From an uncultured Cuneatibacter sp. (GTDB lineage: Bacteria; Bacillota; Clostridia; Lachnospirales; Lachnospiraceae): 64,000 bases of DNA. Positions 36,497 to 45,640 of the stretch are shown in pieces. The notes beneath the pieces were generated by a model. It ran no database searches. It was not told where the DNA came from and was given only the letters and a program-made list of their open reading frames with translations. Location of the stretch: NCBI GenBank assembly GCA_964426655.1, contig CAYRQT010000004.1, forward strand, positions 37,047-101,046. The letters are read 5' to 3'. Each line of letters opens with the position of its first letter. Position 1 is the first letter of the stretch. Made by a program: the position numbers and the translations under genes.

Positions 36497-37153
36497 TTAT
36501 TTCCCAAGAATATAATCTCCCAATGCATCCGCCGTGGGAAACAGCTTTTTGGCGCCATGGGAAAGGAGCACTTCACGAGTGCGAAAGCCCCAGAGCACTG
36601 CGGCTCCGTCTACACCGGCATTTAATGCAGTGTGGACATCCACCTCGGAATCCCCCACATACAGTGTGGTTTCCGGCGAGGCATTTAAAGAGTGGATCGC
36701 CAGTTCTACCATGGGAGGAGCCGGCTTTTTGGGCATGTTCGGTCGTGCACCTACGGCCAGGTCCATATACTGTGAGAAATACAGGTCACAAAGTGCCTGA
36801 ACTGCAGCCTGCCCTTTGTTGGAAACGATGGCCATTTTGGCACCCCGGCTTTTAAGCATGGAAAGGAGTTCCAATATGCCGGGATAAGGTTTTGTTTTTA
36901 TGTTGCAGTGGGTTCCGTAGTAATTTGAGAAGGTTATTAAGGCCTGAGAAAATCTAGGGTCGTCCTTTCCTGAAGGAAGACAGTGGGCCAAAAGAGCTTC
37001 ATAGCCATTTCCTACAAAACTTAAGACATCCGGCACCGTCCATGTGCAGGCCTGTAACGTGCGCATGGTATAATTAACGGCATCAGTAAGGTCCTCTATG
37101 GTGTCCAGGAGCGTGCCGTCTAAGTCAAACAAAATGGTCTGATAGGATTTCAT
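36497..37153 (-). CDS. HAD-superfamily phosphatase (phosphoglycolate-phosphatase-like, subfamily IA)
   Basis: Only the C-terminal 218 codons of the 392-aa track ORF are real: MKSYQTILFDLDGTLLDT (motif I), VSNK (II), VGDSEVDV (III/IV). The ATG is plus-strand CAT at 37151-37153. Confidence 0.85.
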   Translation of the reverse strand: MKSYQTILFDLDGTLLDTIEDLTDAVNYTMRTLQACTWTVPDVLSFVGNGYEALLAHCLPSGKDDPRFSQALITFSNYYGTHCNIKTKPYPGILELLSMLKSRGAKMAIVSNKGQAAVQALCDLYFSQYMDLAVGARPNMPKKPAPPMVELAIHSLNASPETTLYVGDSEVDVHTALNAGVDGAAVLWGFRTREVLLSHGAKKLFPTADALGDYILGK

Positions 37154-37309
37154 GAAATACCTCACTTGTAAGAAAGATTTCCAGCGTTTTATCCTCATAA
37201 GCCTAGCATTTACAGGGAAAAAAGTCAATTTTTTATCAATAAATGGATGAAAACAACGTTTAAATGTGTTATACTTGCCACGTAAAAGAGAATGGAAAAG
37301 GAGTTTGCA

Positions 37310-38512
37310 ATGGATTGCATTAGAGCGATTACAGACGATATTTGGATGGTGGGTGGCAGCGACAGACGCTTGTCCCGCTTTGAAAATCTCTTTCCCATCC
37401 CCAGAGGCGTGTCGTACAATGCCTATTTGGTACTGGATGAAAAGACTGTTTTGCTGGATACGGTAGATGATTCTGTCAGAAATCAGTTTTGCGAAAATCT
37501 GGAGCGTTTGCTGAAGGGCCGCCCGTTGGATTATCTGGTGGTCAATCATATGGAGCCGGATCACTGCTCCTACATTCAGGATCTCTGTTTCCGGTACCCG
37601 AACCTGAAAATAATTGGTAATCCCAAGACTTTTCAAATGATGAAACAGTTTTATCAGTTCGATGTAGACAGTCATGCCGTTGTGATTAAAGAGGGAGAGA
37701 CTTTTTCTTCAGGCCGCCATACGTTTAAATTTTTTATGGCACCCATGGTACATTGGCCAGAGGTAATGGTCACTTTTGATGAAACCGATAAAATACTGTT
37801 TTCTGCCGATGCCTTTGGCATGTTTGGCGCCCTTGCCGGGAATGTTTTTGATGATGAAGCTGATTTTCCGGATGCCTGGCTGGCTGATGCCAGAAGGTAT
37901 TACGCCAATATTGTGGGCAAATTTGGAACTCCGGTGCAGAACCTGCTGAAAAAGGTTGGCGGACTGGATATTCATGTGATTGCGCCTCTTCATGGCGTTG
38001 TCATTCGCAGTCATATCCGGGAATTTGTGGAAAAGTATGATTTGTGGAGTCGTTATGTGCCGGAAGAAAAGGCTGTGGTCATTTTTTACGGAACCATGTA
38101 CGGACATACGCAGAGTGCGGCCCTCGCACTGGGGACGCAGCTGGCCAAAGAAGGGGTAAAGAATATCGCCATGTATGATGTTTCAGAGACAGATGTGTCT
38201 ACCCTGATTGCAGAGATTTTCCGATGCAGTCATCTGGTGTTTGCTTCTCCCACATACAATGCGGGTATCTATCCCAATATGAAGAATCTGCTGCATGATA
38301 TGCAGGCTCTTGCTCTGCAGAATCGGCATGTTGCTCTGATGGAGAATGGAACCTGGGCACCTGCATCCGGCAGATTGATGAAAGCCTTACTGGAAGAAAT
38401 GAAGGGAATGGAAATCATCGCACCGGTACTGACCATTAAATCTGCCATGAAACCAGAGCAGGAGGCAGATCTTGTCAGCCTGGCCCAGAATATTGCGGCA
38501 GATATGGCATAA
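37310..38512 (+). CDS. Flavodiiron protein (FprA / A-type flavoprotein: metallo-beta-lactamase-like diiron domain plus flavodoxin domain)
   Basis: ATG 37310 lies 7 nt after AAAGGAG (alternative ATG 37292). Diiron motif VNHMEPDH and flavodoxin-like C-terminus (VVIFYGTMYGHT). Confidence 0.85.
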   Translation: MDCIRAITDDIWMVGGSDRRLSRFENLFPIPRGVSYNAYLVLDEKTVLLDTVDDSVRNQFCENLERLLKGRPLDYLVVNHMEPDHCSYIQDLCFRYPNLKIIGNPKTFQMMKQFYQFDVDSHAVVIKEGETFSSGRHTFKFFMAPMVHWPEVMVTFDETDKILFSADAFGMFGALAGNVFDDEADFPDAWLADARRYYANIVGKFGTPVQNLLKKVGGLDIHVIAPLHGVVIRSHIREFVEKYDLWSRYVPEEKAVVIFYGTMYGHTQSAALALGTQLAKEGVKNIAMYDVSETDVSTLIAEIFRCSHLVFASPTYNAGIYPNMKNLLHDMQALALQNRHVALMENGTWAPASGRLMKALLEEMKGMEIIAPVLTIKSAMKPEQEADLVSLAQNIAADMA

Positions 38513-38619
38513 AAGGCACTGTTTAGTCAATCGGAAGTTTTCTATTTCCTTTTGCCTCTGCATAGAGTATAATAAGCTGCAGTGCATAAAATGATATTAA
38601 TTAAGATGGAGGAAAGAAT

Positions 38620-39483
38620 ATGTTAGTTTCAGCAAAGGATATGCTGGTAAAGGCAAAGGCCGGACATTACGCCGTTGGACAGTTCAACATCAATAACCTG
38701 GAGTGGACAAAGGCCGTTCTTCTCACCGCACAGGAATTGAATTCTCCTGTTATTTTGGGTGTGTCCGAAGGCGCAGGAAAATATATGTGTGGCTATAAGA
38801 CTGTGGTGGGCATGGTAAATGGCATGCTGGAAGAATTAAAAATCACAGTTCCGGTGGCATTGCATCTGGATCATGGTAGTTATGAAGGAGCCTTGAAATG
38901 CATTGAGGCAGGGTTTTCCTCCATTATGTTTGATGGCTCCCACTATCCCATTGATGAAAATGTGGAAAAGACCAGAGCACTTGTTAAAATCTGCGGCGAA
39001 AAGGGCCTTTCTCTTGAAGCTGAGGTAGGTTCTATTGGTGGAGAAGAAGATGGTGTCATCGGTAGAGGCGAGTGTGCAGATCCCCAGGAATGCAAACGTA
39101 TTGCTGATTTGGGTGTGACCATGTTGGCTGCCGGCATCGGCAATATTCATGGGAAATATCCCGAAAACTGGGAAGGTTTAAGTTTTGAAACACTGGATGC
39201 TATTCAGAAGCTGACAGGAGATATGCCTTTGGTACTGCATGGCGGTACAGGTATTCCGGCAGATATGATCAAAAAAGCCATTTCTCTGGGCGTAGCCAAA
39301 ATAAATGTTAACACAGAGTGCCAGTTGTCCTTTGCAGAAGCCACAAGAAAATATATAGAGGCAGGCAAAGACTTGCAGAGCAAGGGCTTTGATCCCCGTA
39401 AGCTCTTGGCTCCCGGATTTGAAGCCATTAAGGCTACAGTAAAAGAAAAAATGGAATTGTTTGGGTCCGTTGATAAAGCATGA
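38620..39483 (+). CDS. fba: Class II fructose-1,6-bisphosphate aldolase
   Basis: YAVGQFNINNLEW, LHLDHG, VLHGGTG. Confidence 0.92.
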   Translation: MLVSAKDMLVKAKAGHYAVGQFNINNLEWTKAVLLTAQELNSPVILGVSEGAGKYMCGYKTVVGMVNGMLEELKITVPVALHLDHGSYEGALKCIEAGFSSIMFDGSHYPIDENVEKTRALVKICGEKGLSLEAEVGSIGGEEDGVIGRGECADPQECKRIADLGVTMLAAGIGNIHGKYPENWEGLSFETLDAIQKLTGDMPLVLHGGTGIPADMIKKAISLGVAKINVNTECQLSFAEATRKYIEAGKDLQSKGFDPRKLLAPGFEAIKATVKEKMELFGSVDKA

Positions 39484-39513
39484 TTTTTTAAAACAGCTTA
39501 AATATTAAGAAGG

Positions 39514-39560
39514 AATGCCTCCGGTTATGCCTGATTTGCAGGCTTCCGGGGGCATTTTGC
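39514..39560 (+). terminator. Intrinsic terminator after fba
   Basis: AATGCCTCCGG ... CCGGGGGCATT followed by TT. Confidence 0.65.
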
Positions 39561-39651
39561 CACTTCTTAAGGATTGGCGTTGCAATATTAGGCATCTTCG
39601 GGTATAATGGACAGACTTGGAAAAAGGCAACTAAAAAGGAAAGGAAATCAA

Positions 39652-40431
39652 ATGGCAGGAAAAAAGAGAGCCAAGTGGCCGGATATCTTGCGCTATATGA
39701 TCATATGTATTGCCGCTATTGTATCCCTGTATTCTGCTTATCAATTGTTTAGTTATTATAGGGAGTCCTGGGAAAGCAAAAAAGATTATGCGGAATTGGA
39801 ATCCCTTGCAAGAGAAACGGAATCTTCCGGAACTGGGACATCCTCAGAGACTGGTTCAACGGAATCCCTTCCAGTATTTGAAGGTACCATTAATTTTACG
39901 GCACTGCAAATGCTGAATGAGGATATTTGCGCATATATTACGGTGCCGGGCACCAGTATAGATTATCCAGTGGTTATGTCTTCTGACGATGAGCACTATT
40001 TGAGGTATACGGCTTCCAACATCATGAACAATGCCGGCGCCATTTTTATTCAGTACCAGCAAAGCAGGGATATTGATTTTAACAATACCTTAATTTATGG
40101 ACACAATCGAAATGACGGCACTATGTTCAGTGATTTGTTGGAATACAAGGAATATGCTTTCTGGCAGGAAAATCCATATGTGCTCATAGAGACGCCTACG
40201 GAGCAGCGTATTTACAAAATATTTGCAGCATATTCTAATGGAAGCGTAGATTTCACCTATGTACCTAACCTTACAGATGTACAATATGCCCAGTATCTGG
40301 AAGAAATTGATGAGAAGAAATTATATGATACCGGTGTGGAAGTGACCACTTCAGATACCATCATATCGCTGATTACCTGTACGGAAGATGCGGTGGATCG
40401 TTTCGTGGTACATGCGGTCAGAATACAGTAA
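39652..40431 (+). CDS. Class B-type sortase, N-terminal membrane anchor
   Basis: ATG 39652; the track start at 39607 overlaps a TATAAT box at 39603-39608. Catalytic His in LIYGHNRNDGTMFSDL, Cys in ISLITCT, Arg in DRFVVHAVRIQ. Confidence 0.8.
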   Translation: MAGKKRAKWPDILRYMIICIAAIVSLYSAYQLFSYYRESWESKKDYAELESLARETESSGTGTSSETGSTESLPVFEGTINFTALQMLNEDICAYITVPGTSIDYPVVMSSDDEHYLRYTASNIMNNAGAIFIQYQQSRDIDFNNTLIYGHNRNDGTMFSDLLEYKEYAFWQENPYVLIETPTEQRIYKIFAAYSNGSVDFTYVPNLTDVQYAQYLEEIDEKKLYDTGVEVTTSDTIISLITCTEDAVDRFVVHAVRIQ

Positions 40432-40457
40432 AGAAGGATATAACACTAACTATGCCT

Positions 40458-40501
40458 GCATCTGCAGGGGCAGGATACTTGCCCCTGCAGATGCTTTTTT
40501 G
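40458..40501 (+). terminator. Strong intrinsic terminator between the two sortase genes
   Basis: Perfect 14-bp stem GCATCTGCAGGGGC / GCCCCTGCAGATGC followed by TTTTTT. Confidence 0.85.
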
Positions 40502-40612
40502 CATGATGGAGACATATCTTAAGAAGTTTGCAAGAACTGTAGCATTGCCAATGTAGGTGGATTCCTGTATAATACCCCTAGATGTGGATTGTATGTGGAG
40601 GAAGGAGAGCCA

Positions 40613-41494
40613 TTGAATAACAGAGGAAATCTTTTTGCCCTTTTATTAATAGGAATTTTGCTTTTGGCAGGGCTCGGTCTGTTCCTGATCAACCTGAGAG
40701 TAAAAGAGACGACTCCGGCACAAAGCACGATTGCAGAAGTCGGTTCTTTGGAAGAAACAGAAGAACCAGAACAGTCTTCCTTACAGGAAACGGATGATCA
40801 GGAGGAAACAAAAGAGCCGGAGACAGAGGAAGAATCTCTGAATGTGGTTGAAACATCTTCTGAAGATCTGACAACAGAGGAAAATGTTATATCTGCAAAA
40901 GAAGAGAAAACATATCCTGCCCTTTCTTCTGCGGACAGGGGACCGGAAATCAATTTTGAAAAACTTCAAAAAATGAATCCGGATATTGTGGCATGGATTC
41001 AGATTCCAGGTACAACCATTAACTACCCGGTAGTACAGGGAACGGATAACCAGCATTATCTGCGGTATACTGCGGCCAATGTGGAAAATGCGGCAGGCGC
41101 TCTTTTTGTGGACTACCGACAGAGTGCTGGCTTTGACTGGTACAATACCATTGTATATGGGCACAATCGAAAAGATGATACCATGTTCAGCCAGCTGACC
41201 AGATACCTTTCTCAAAGATTCTGGGAAAGCTATCCGAATATCACGGTGTACCTGCCGGGAGAAACCAGAGTTTATGAAATCTGCGCAGTATATATCAGTC
41301 CACCGGTAGCGCGAGCTTATGTGGCAGTTTTGGAAACGAAGGCAAGTTATCAGTCTTACCTGGACACCATGATGAGATTGCGTATATATGATACAGGCAT
41401 TCAGGTGACTACGGATCAGACTCTTCTAACATTGGTTACCTGTACGGACGATGCGGAAAATCGGGTAGTTGTGCATGCTGTTCGCATTCAGTAA
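40613..41494 (+). CDS. Class B-type sortase paralogue with a ~90-aa acidic linker after the membrane anchor
   Basis: TTG 40613 lies 5 nt after AAGGAG; the track start is TTG 40589. IVYGHNRKDDTMFSQL, LTLVTCT, NRVVVHAVRIQ. Confidence 0.8.
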   Translation: MNNRGNLFALLLIGILLLAGLGLFLINLRVKETTPAQSTIAEVGSLEETEEPEQSSLQETDDQEETKEPETEEESLNVVETSSEDLTTEENVISAKEEKTYPALSSADRGPEINFEKLQKMNPDIVAWIQIPGTTINYPVVQGTDNQHYLRYTAANVENAAGALFVDYRQSAGFDWYNTIVYGHNRKDDTMFSQLTRYLSQRFWESYPNITVYLPGETRVYEICAVYISPPVARAYVAVLETKASYQSYLDTMMRLRIYDTGIQVTTDQTLLTLVTCTDDAENRVVVHAVRIQ

Positions 41495-41505
41495 AAGGAG
41501 GGAAA

Positions 41506-42555
41506 ATGGTCTTAAGCTATAAATGCCCAAATTGTGGCTCATCAATGACATACAAGGAAGGCAGTGATCATCTGGAGTGTGAGCACTGTCAGACCACTAT
41601 TCCTATTAAGGACTTGAAAGAAACCACAAAAGAGGAAACGGTGGAGGTAGCGCCGGAGGCCCATATGGATGAGGCGGTATCAGAGGACCATTTTACCGGG
41701 TATACCTGTGAAAACTGCGGAGCACAGATTATGGGAGATGCATACACTGCAGCCACTGTTTGCAGCTTTTGCGGAAGCCCCACTTTGATAGCCAGTCGGC
41801 TTTCCGGAACAGCAAAGCCCCGTTGGGTGATTCCTTTTGCCTACGATAAAACCAATGCCAGGGAAAAGTTTCGCCATTGGACCAGGAAAGGCCTTTTGAC
41901 ACCTGCTGCATTTCGCAAAGAAGCTGTTCTGGATACCATCAGCGGTGTATATGTACCCTATTGGCTTTATGATATCCATGCAGATGTGGACATGGTGGCT
42001 AGGGCCACCCGGGTTCGGAGGAGAGTATCCGGAAACTATGAGTACATCTATACAGATCATTTTCTTGTCAGCCGGGACGTGGCAGTGGATTATGAGCGCA
42101 TACCGATAGATGCTTCAAAAAAAATGGACGATTCCATGATGGAAATGCTGGAACCTTTTGACTATAAAAAATTAAGTGCATTTGATATGCCATACCTTTC
42201 CGGATTTCAGGCAGAACGGTATAATTTTACTGCAGACCAGATGGCAGGGCGTGCAGAAAGCAGAGCCAGTGATTATAGCCTGCAGGCCACCAGAAACACG
42301 ATTAAAGGGTATGCTACAGTGGTACCTATTCAGGAAAGGGTGCATTTGAAGCGAAATAAAGCGGAATATGCCATGCTACCCGTATGGATGCTGCATTGTC
42401 GGTATCAGGGAAAGGACTACCCGGTGGCATTAAATGGTGTGACTGGAAAAATTGTGGGAAAGCTTCCGGTAAGTAAAGGACGTGCTGCGGTTGCTTTTCT
42501 CATTTCGACGGTCGTATTATTTGCTTTCCTAACCTTGCTGGAGGTGCTCCTATGA
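41506..42555 (+). CDS. Conserved hypothetical: two N-terminal zinc ribbons, a ~230-aa unknown domain and a C-terminal tail-anchor TM
   Basis: CPNCG...CEHC and CENCG...CSFCG. No signal peptide. The last 22 residues are hydrophobic (AVAFLISTVVLFAFLTLLEVLL). Stop overlaps the next start. Confidence 0.7.
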   Translation: MVLSYKCPNCGSSMTYKEGSDHLECEHCQTTIPIKDLKETTKEETVEVAPEAHMDEAVSEDHFTGYTCENCGAQIMGDAYTAATVCSFCGSPTLIASRLSGTAKPRWVIPFAYDKTNAREKFRHWTRKGLLTPAAFRKEAVLDTISGVYVPYWLYDIHADVDMVARATRVRRRVSGNYEYIYTDHFLVSRDVAVDYERIPIDASKKMDDSMMEMLEPFDYKKLSAFDMPYLSGFQAERYNFTADQMAGRAESRASDYSLQATRNTIKGYATVVPIQERVHLKRNKAEYAMLPVWMLHCRYQGKDYPVALNGVTGKIVGKLPVSKGRAAVAFLISTVVLFAFLTLLEVLL

Positions 42556-43421
42556 TTTGGAAGGGACGAAAAAAAACAAACTGTCTGATTTTGCTATTGG
42601 CTGTTTCCTCTGTCCTGTTATGCGGATATACGCCGGAGGATTCCAGAGTATATGATGAAGCAGGCCTGTTCTCAGAGGACGAAATCAGCATGCTGGAAGA
42701 AGAAATTGACACTGTGGCGAATGAAATTGAGATGGATGTGGCCATTCTTACGGTATATAGCGGAGAAGTGGATGAAGACAATGGCGGGGTGGATTATGCA
42801 AGGGCCTTTATTCGCCAGGAGGGACTGGGATATGATGAGGCAGATGGCGCTACACTCCTGATGCTTGTGGATATGCAGACCAGAGGCATGTATTTTGTGG
42901 AAAATCAAAGAGAAGGCGTGGCTTTCCTCTATACGGATAGTGAAATAAACCAGATTTATGAAACGGTCAGGGAGTATTTTTCCGCCGGAGATTATTATGA
43001 AGGGGCATATGCATTCCTGGAGTCTGCTGTAATGTATAGCGGGATAAATGAAAACAGCGGTGAGGAGGAATATGACGGGGACCTGTCAAATGATGATGTC
43101 CAGGACTGGAACACAGAAAGTGATATCGGGGGCATCTCAGGGGAACGTCTACTCATAAATTTGCTGATCAGTATGGGCATCAGTGCAGCCATTGTAGTGC
43201 TATTGGTGATTTTTAATAAAACTGGTAGCAAAGTCAGTGGCAATGTTTTTGTAAAAGATGGGGGCTTTAAGATCAGGAACCAGTCAGATCTCTTCACCCA
43301 TACCACAACCACCAAACGCCGTATTGAAACCAATTCCGGCGGCAGAGGGGGAGGTGGTTTCTCCGGTGGATCCGGCGGAGGAGGGGGAAGTCACAGCCAT
43401 GGCGGCGGCGGAAAATTTTAA
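42552..43421 (+). CDS. TPM-domain (YgcG-like) lipoprotein with a TM segment and a glycine-rich C-terminal tail
   Basis: Lipobox-like LLCG. TPM pattern VYDEAGLFSEDEISMLEEEI...DVAILTV. TM LLINLLISMGISAAIVVLLVIF. Tail GGRGGGGFSGGSGGGGGSHSHGGGG. Confidence 0.75.
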   Translation: MIWKGRKKTNCLILLLAVSSVLLCGYTPEDSRVYDEAGLFSEDEISMLEEEIDTVANEIEMDVAILTVYSGEVDEDNGGVDYARAFIRQEGLGYDEADGATLLMLVDMQTRGMYFVENQREGVAFLYTDSEINQIYETVREYFSAGDYYEGAYAFLESAVMYSGINENSGEEEYDGDLSNDDVQDWNTESDIGGISGERLLINLLISMGISAAIVVLLVIFNKTGSKVSGNVFVKDGGFKIRNQSDLFTHTTTTKRRIETNSGGRGGGGFSGGSGGGGGSHSHGGGGKF

Positions 43422-43449
43422 TCAATATCTATAAGGAGACGAACTAGAA

Positions 43450-43974
43450 ATGGAAAAGAAAAACCCGATAGTAACCTTTGAAATGGAAGACGGAAGTGTA
43501 ATGAAAGCAGAGTTGTATCCGGAAATTGCCCCTAACACAGTTAGAAATTTTATTTCGCTGGTTGGTAAAGGGTTCTATGATGGACTGGTGTTTCACAGGG
43601 TGATTGCAGGTTTTATGATTCAGGGCGGTTGCCCGGATGGCACTGGAATGGGTGGACCCGGTTATCAGATTAAGGGAGAATTTAAACAAAATGGATTTGA
43701 TAATCCACTGTCCCATACCCCAGGCGTCCTTTCCATGGCCAGATCCATGATGCCAGACTCAGCAGGCTCCCAGTTTTTTATCATGCATGAAACCTCTCCT
43801 CATTTGGATGGCGCCTATGCGGCTTTTGGAAAAGTGGTAGAAGGGCTGGAAGTGGTCAATCAGATTGCAAAAACCAAAACGGATTATAGCGATCGACCCT
43901 ATGTGCCTCAGGTGATGAAAAAGGTTACAGTGGAAACTTTTGGCGTTCCCTATCTGGAGCCGGAAAAATGCTGA
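43450..43974 (+). CDS. ppiB: Cyclophilin-type peptidyl-prolyl cis-trans isomerase
   Basis: FHRVIAGFMIQGGCP, SMARS, GSQFFI. Confidence 0.92.
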   Translation: MEKKNPIVTFEMEDGSVMKAELYPEIAPNTVRNFISLVGKGFYDGLVFHRVIAGFMIQGGCPDGTGMGGPGYQIKGEFKQNGFDNPLSHTPGVLSMARSMMPDSAGSQFFIMHETSPHLDGAYAAFGKVVEGLEVVNQIAKTKTDYSDRPYVPQVMKKVTVETFGVPYLEPEKC

Positions 43975-44723
43975 TTTCATATGAAACGGCAACAGGGCAT
44001 ACCGTGTGGGTGACAGATGAGCTGACATGGATGGAAGAAGCGGAAAATAGGGGAGTGGCGGCAGCAGGGGTGTGTCCTGGGGCAGCCACCCCCCTTTCTG
44101 CTTATATGGACAATGCTAAACTGGGGTACTGGATTGCCTCCTGGGAGGATTGGGATACAATGGAGGCGGAGGAGAAGGAAAAATTCCTGGACAAAGTTTG
44201 GAGGCGATATCACCATCTTCCGCTGATTATTGGGAAGACGGAAGATGTTCTGATAAGGGAATTCGCGGAAGAAGACATTAGGAAAATGGCATGTATAGAC
44301 AGTCTGCCAGACGTACTGATCTGCCTGGGACTGAATCAAGTTTTGGCAGAAGAAGACTTTATTCCATATATGACTGCGTATGTTCAGCAGATGTATTCCT
44401 TTTGGGAATGGGGATTGTGGGCCGTTTTTAATAACGGTGTATTTTGCGGGATTGCAGGGTTAGAGCTGAGACAGGAAGAATGGGCCCTTGGATTTTGGAT
44501 TGAACCGGCTTTCAGAAAACAAGGGATTGGATACGAGGCAGGCCGCCTGATTTTGACATATTTGAGAGAGCAGACAGATTTGCAGATGCTTTGTGCGTTT
44601 GTAGAAACTGGAAATACCCCTTCTGTAAAACTTCTTCAGAAACTGGGATTTAAAAAAAGGAGCGGCCCGGAAGAACAAATGGGACAGCCCCTTTTGGAGA
44701 TGCAGTATGTCATTAAAGAGTGA
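43968..44723 (+). CDS. GNAT-family N-acetyltransferase (RimJ/RimL-like) with a ~85-aa N-terminal extension
   Basis: Acetyl-CoA pocket region WIEPAFRKQGIGYEAGRLIL and NTPSVKLLQKLGF. Overlaps the ppiB stop by 7 nt. Confidence 0.65.
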   Translation: MLISYETATGHTVWVTDELTWMEEAENRGVAAAGVCPGAATPLSAYMDNAKLGYWIASWEDWDTMEAEEKEKFLDKVWRRYHHLPLIIGKTEDVLIREFAEEDIRKMACIDSLPDVLICLGLNQVLAEEDFIPYMTAYVQQMYSFWEWGLWAVFNNGVFCGIAGLELRQEEWALGFWIEPAFRKQGIGYEAGRLILTYLREQTDLQMLCAFVETGNTPSVKLLQKLGFKKRSGPEEQMGQPLLEMQYVIKE

Positions 44724-44735
44724 GGAAGGGACAGG

Positions 44736-45464
44736 TTATTGGTCTGTAAAACCTAAATCCAAAATATATTGCATAAAGGCAATATTGTTGTCCTGGTGTT
44801 GAGAATTGGTCACAAAACCCAGATAAATCGGATTTTCGGTGGAAAGCCCCAGGTTCTGTACGAAAATGGAGTCGGTAATGTCCAGGACCCAATTACCATC
44901 AGCACTCTGGGAAGAATTATCAGAAGTGGAATCCTCATAGACAATGGGTTCAATGTGGGCAATGCGGGATTCAACCTGTGTATACAGTTCCGCTGGCAAA
45001 AGCGTGGATAAATCGTCCCAGCCTTCCATCCCCATTACATATTGAACTGCCGAGGTATTGCCGATAATCATGTCCAGTTCTTTGGCGGAGATATAGGCGG
45101 TAAGTTTCATGACACCTGTATAGTCTGTCGCCTCTTCACCTACATACAGGCCGGATTCTAATATTGTGGTGTAATCGGATGACAGGGCAAAATACGTACT
45201 CAGGGAGGCTTCTGTCTCGTCTATTGTGGTATCGGAAAGGGTATAGTTTAGGAAGACACCTTGAAAGGCGGTATCCTGACGGTGGGTAGCAGTGTAAACG
45301 CCATAAACAGCTGCAAGAACGACCAGGACAATGATCAGGATATGAATGCGGTAATAGGAGTAGATGTATTCTGCTTTCTGAGAGAGAGTCATATCCTTTA
45401 ATTTTTGCAGTTCTCCCTTAAATGTTTTGCGAACTGCCTGTTCTTCTAAATCTTTCTGTGCCAT
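44736..45464 (-). CDS. Hypothetical membrane-anchored extracytoplasmic protein
   Basis: ATG 45464 lies 9 nt after GAGGAG. Single TM (IHILIIVLVVLAAVYGVY). No motif recognised. Confidence 0.55.
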   Translation of the reverse strand: MAQKDLEEQAVRKTFKGELQKLKDMTLSQKAEYIYSYYRIHILIIVLVVLAAVYGVYTATHRQDTAFQGVFLNYTLSDTTIDETEASLSTYFALSSDYTTILESGLYVGEEATDYTGVMKLTAYISAKELDMIIGNTSAVQYVMGMEGWDDLSTLLPAELYTQVESRIAHIEPIVYEDSTSDNSSQSADGNWVLDITDSIFVQNLGLSTENPIYLGFVTNSQHQDNNIAFMQYILDLGFTDQ

Positions 45465-45640
45465 AAAACGAACTCCTCTGTATTTATACAATATGACTAT
45501 TATAGCAGATTCTTGCTTTTCGTCCATGAGGTTTTGTCCGGATATTATAAAGAATGCATTAAATTTTCCAGATGTTTTGCTTTTGATTCAAAAATTGTTT
45601 ATAATGGTCTAAATACATAGAACAGGATGGATATAATGTA

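Noticed and set aside
37154-37675. N-terminal 174 codons of the 392-aa minus-strand track ORF (36497-37675)
   Set aside because: This part runs antisense through the flavodiiron gene and its promoter region and has no recognisable motifs. The HAD phosphatase begins at the internal MKSYQTILFDLDG (ATG 37153).
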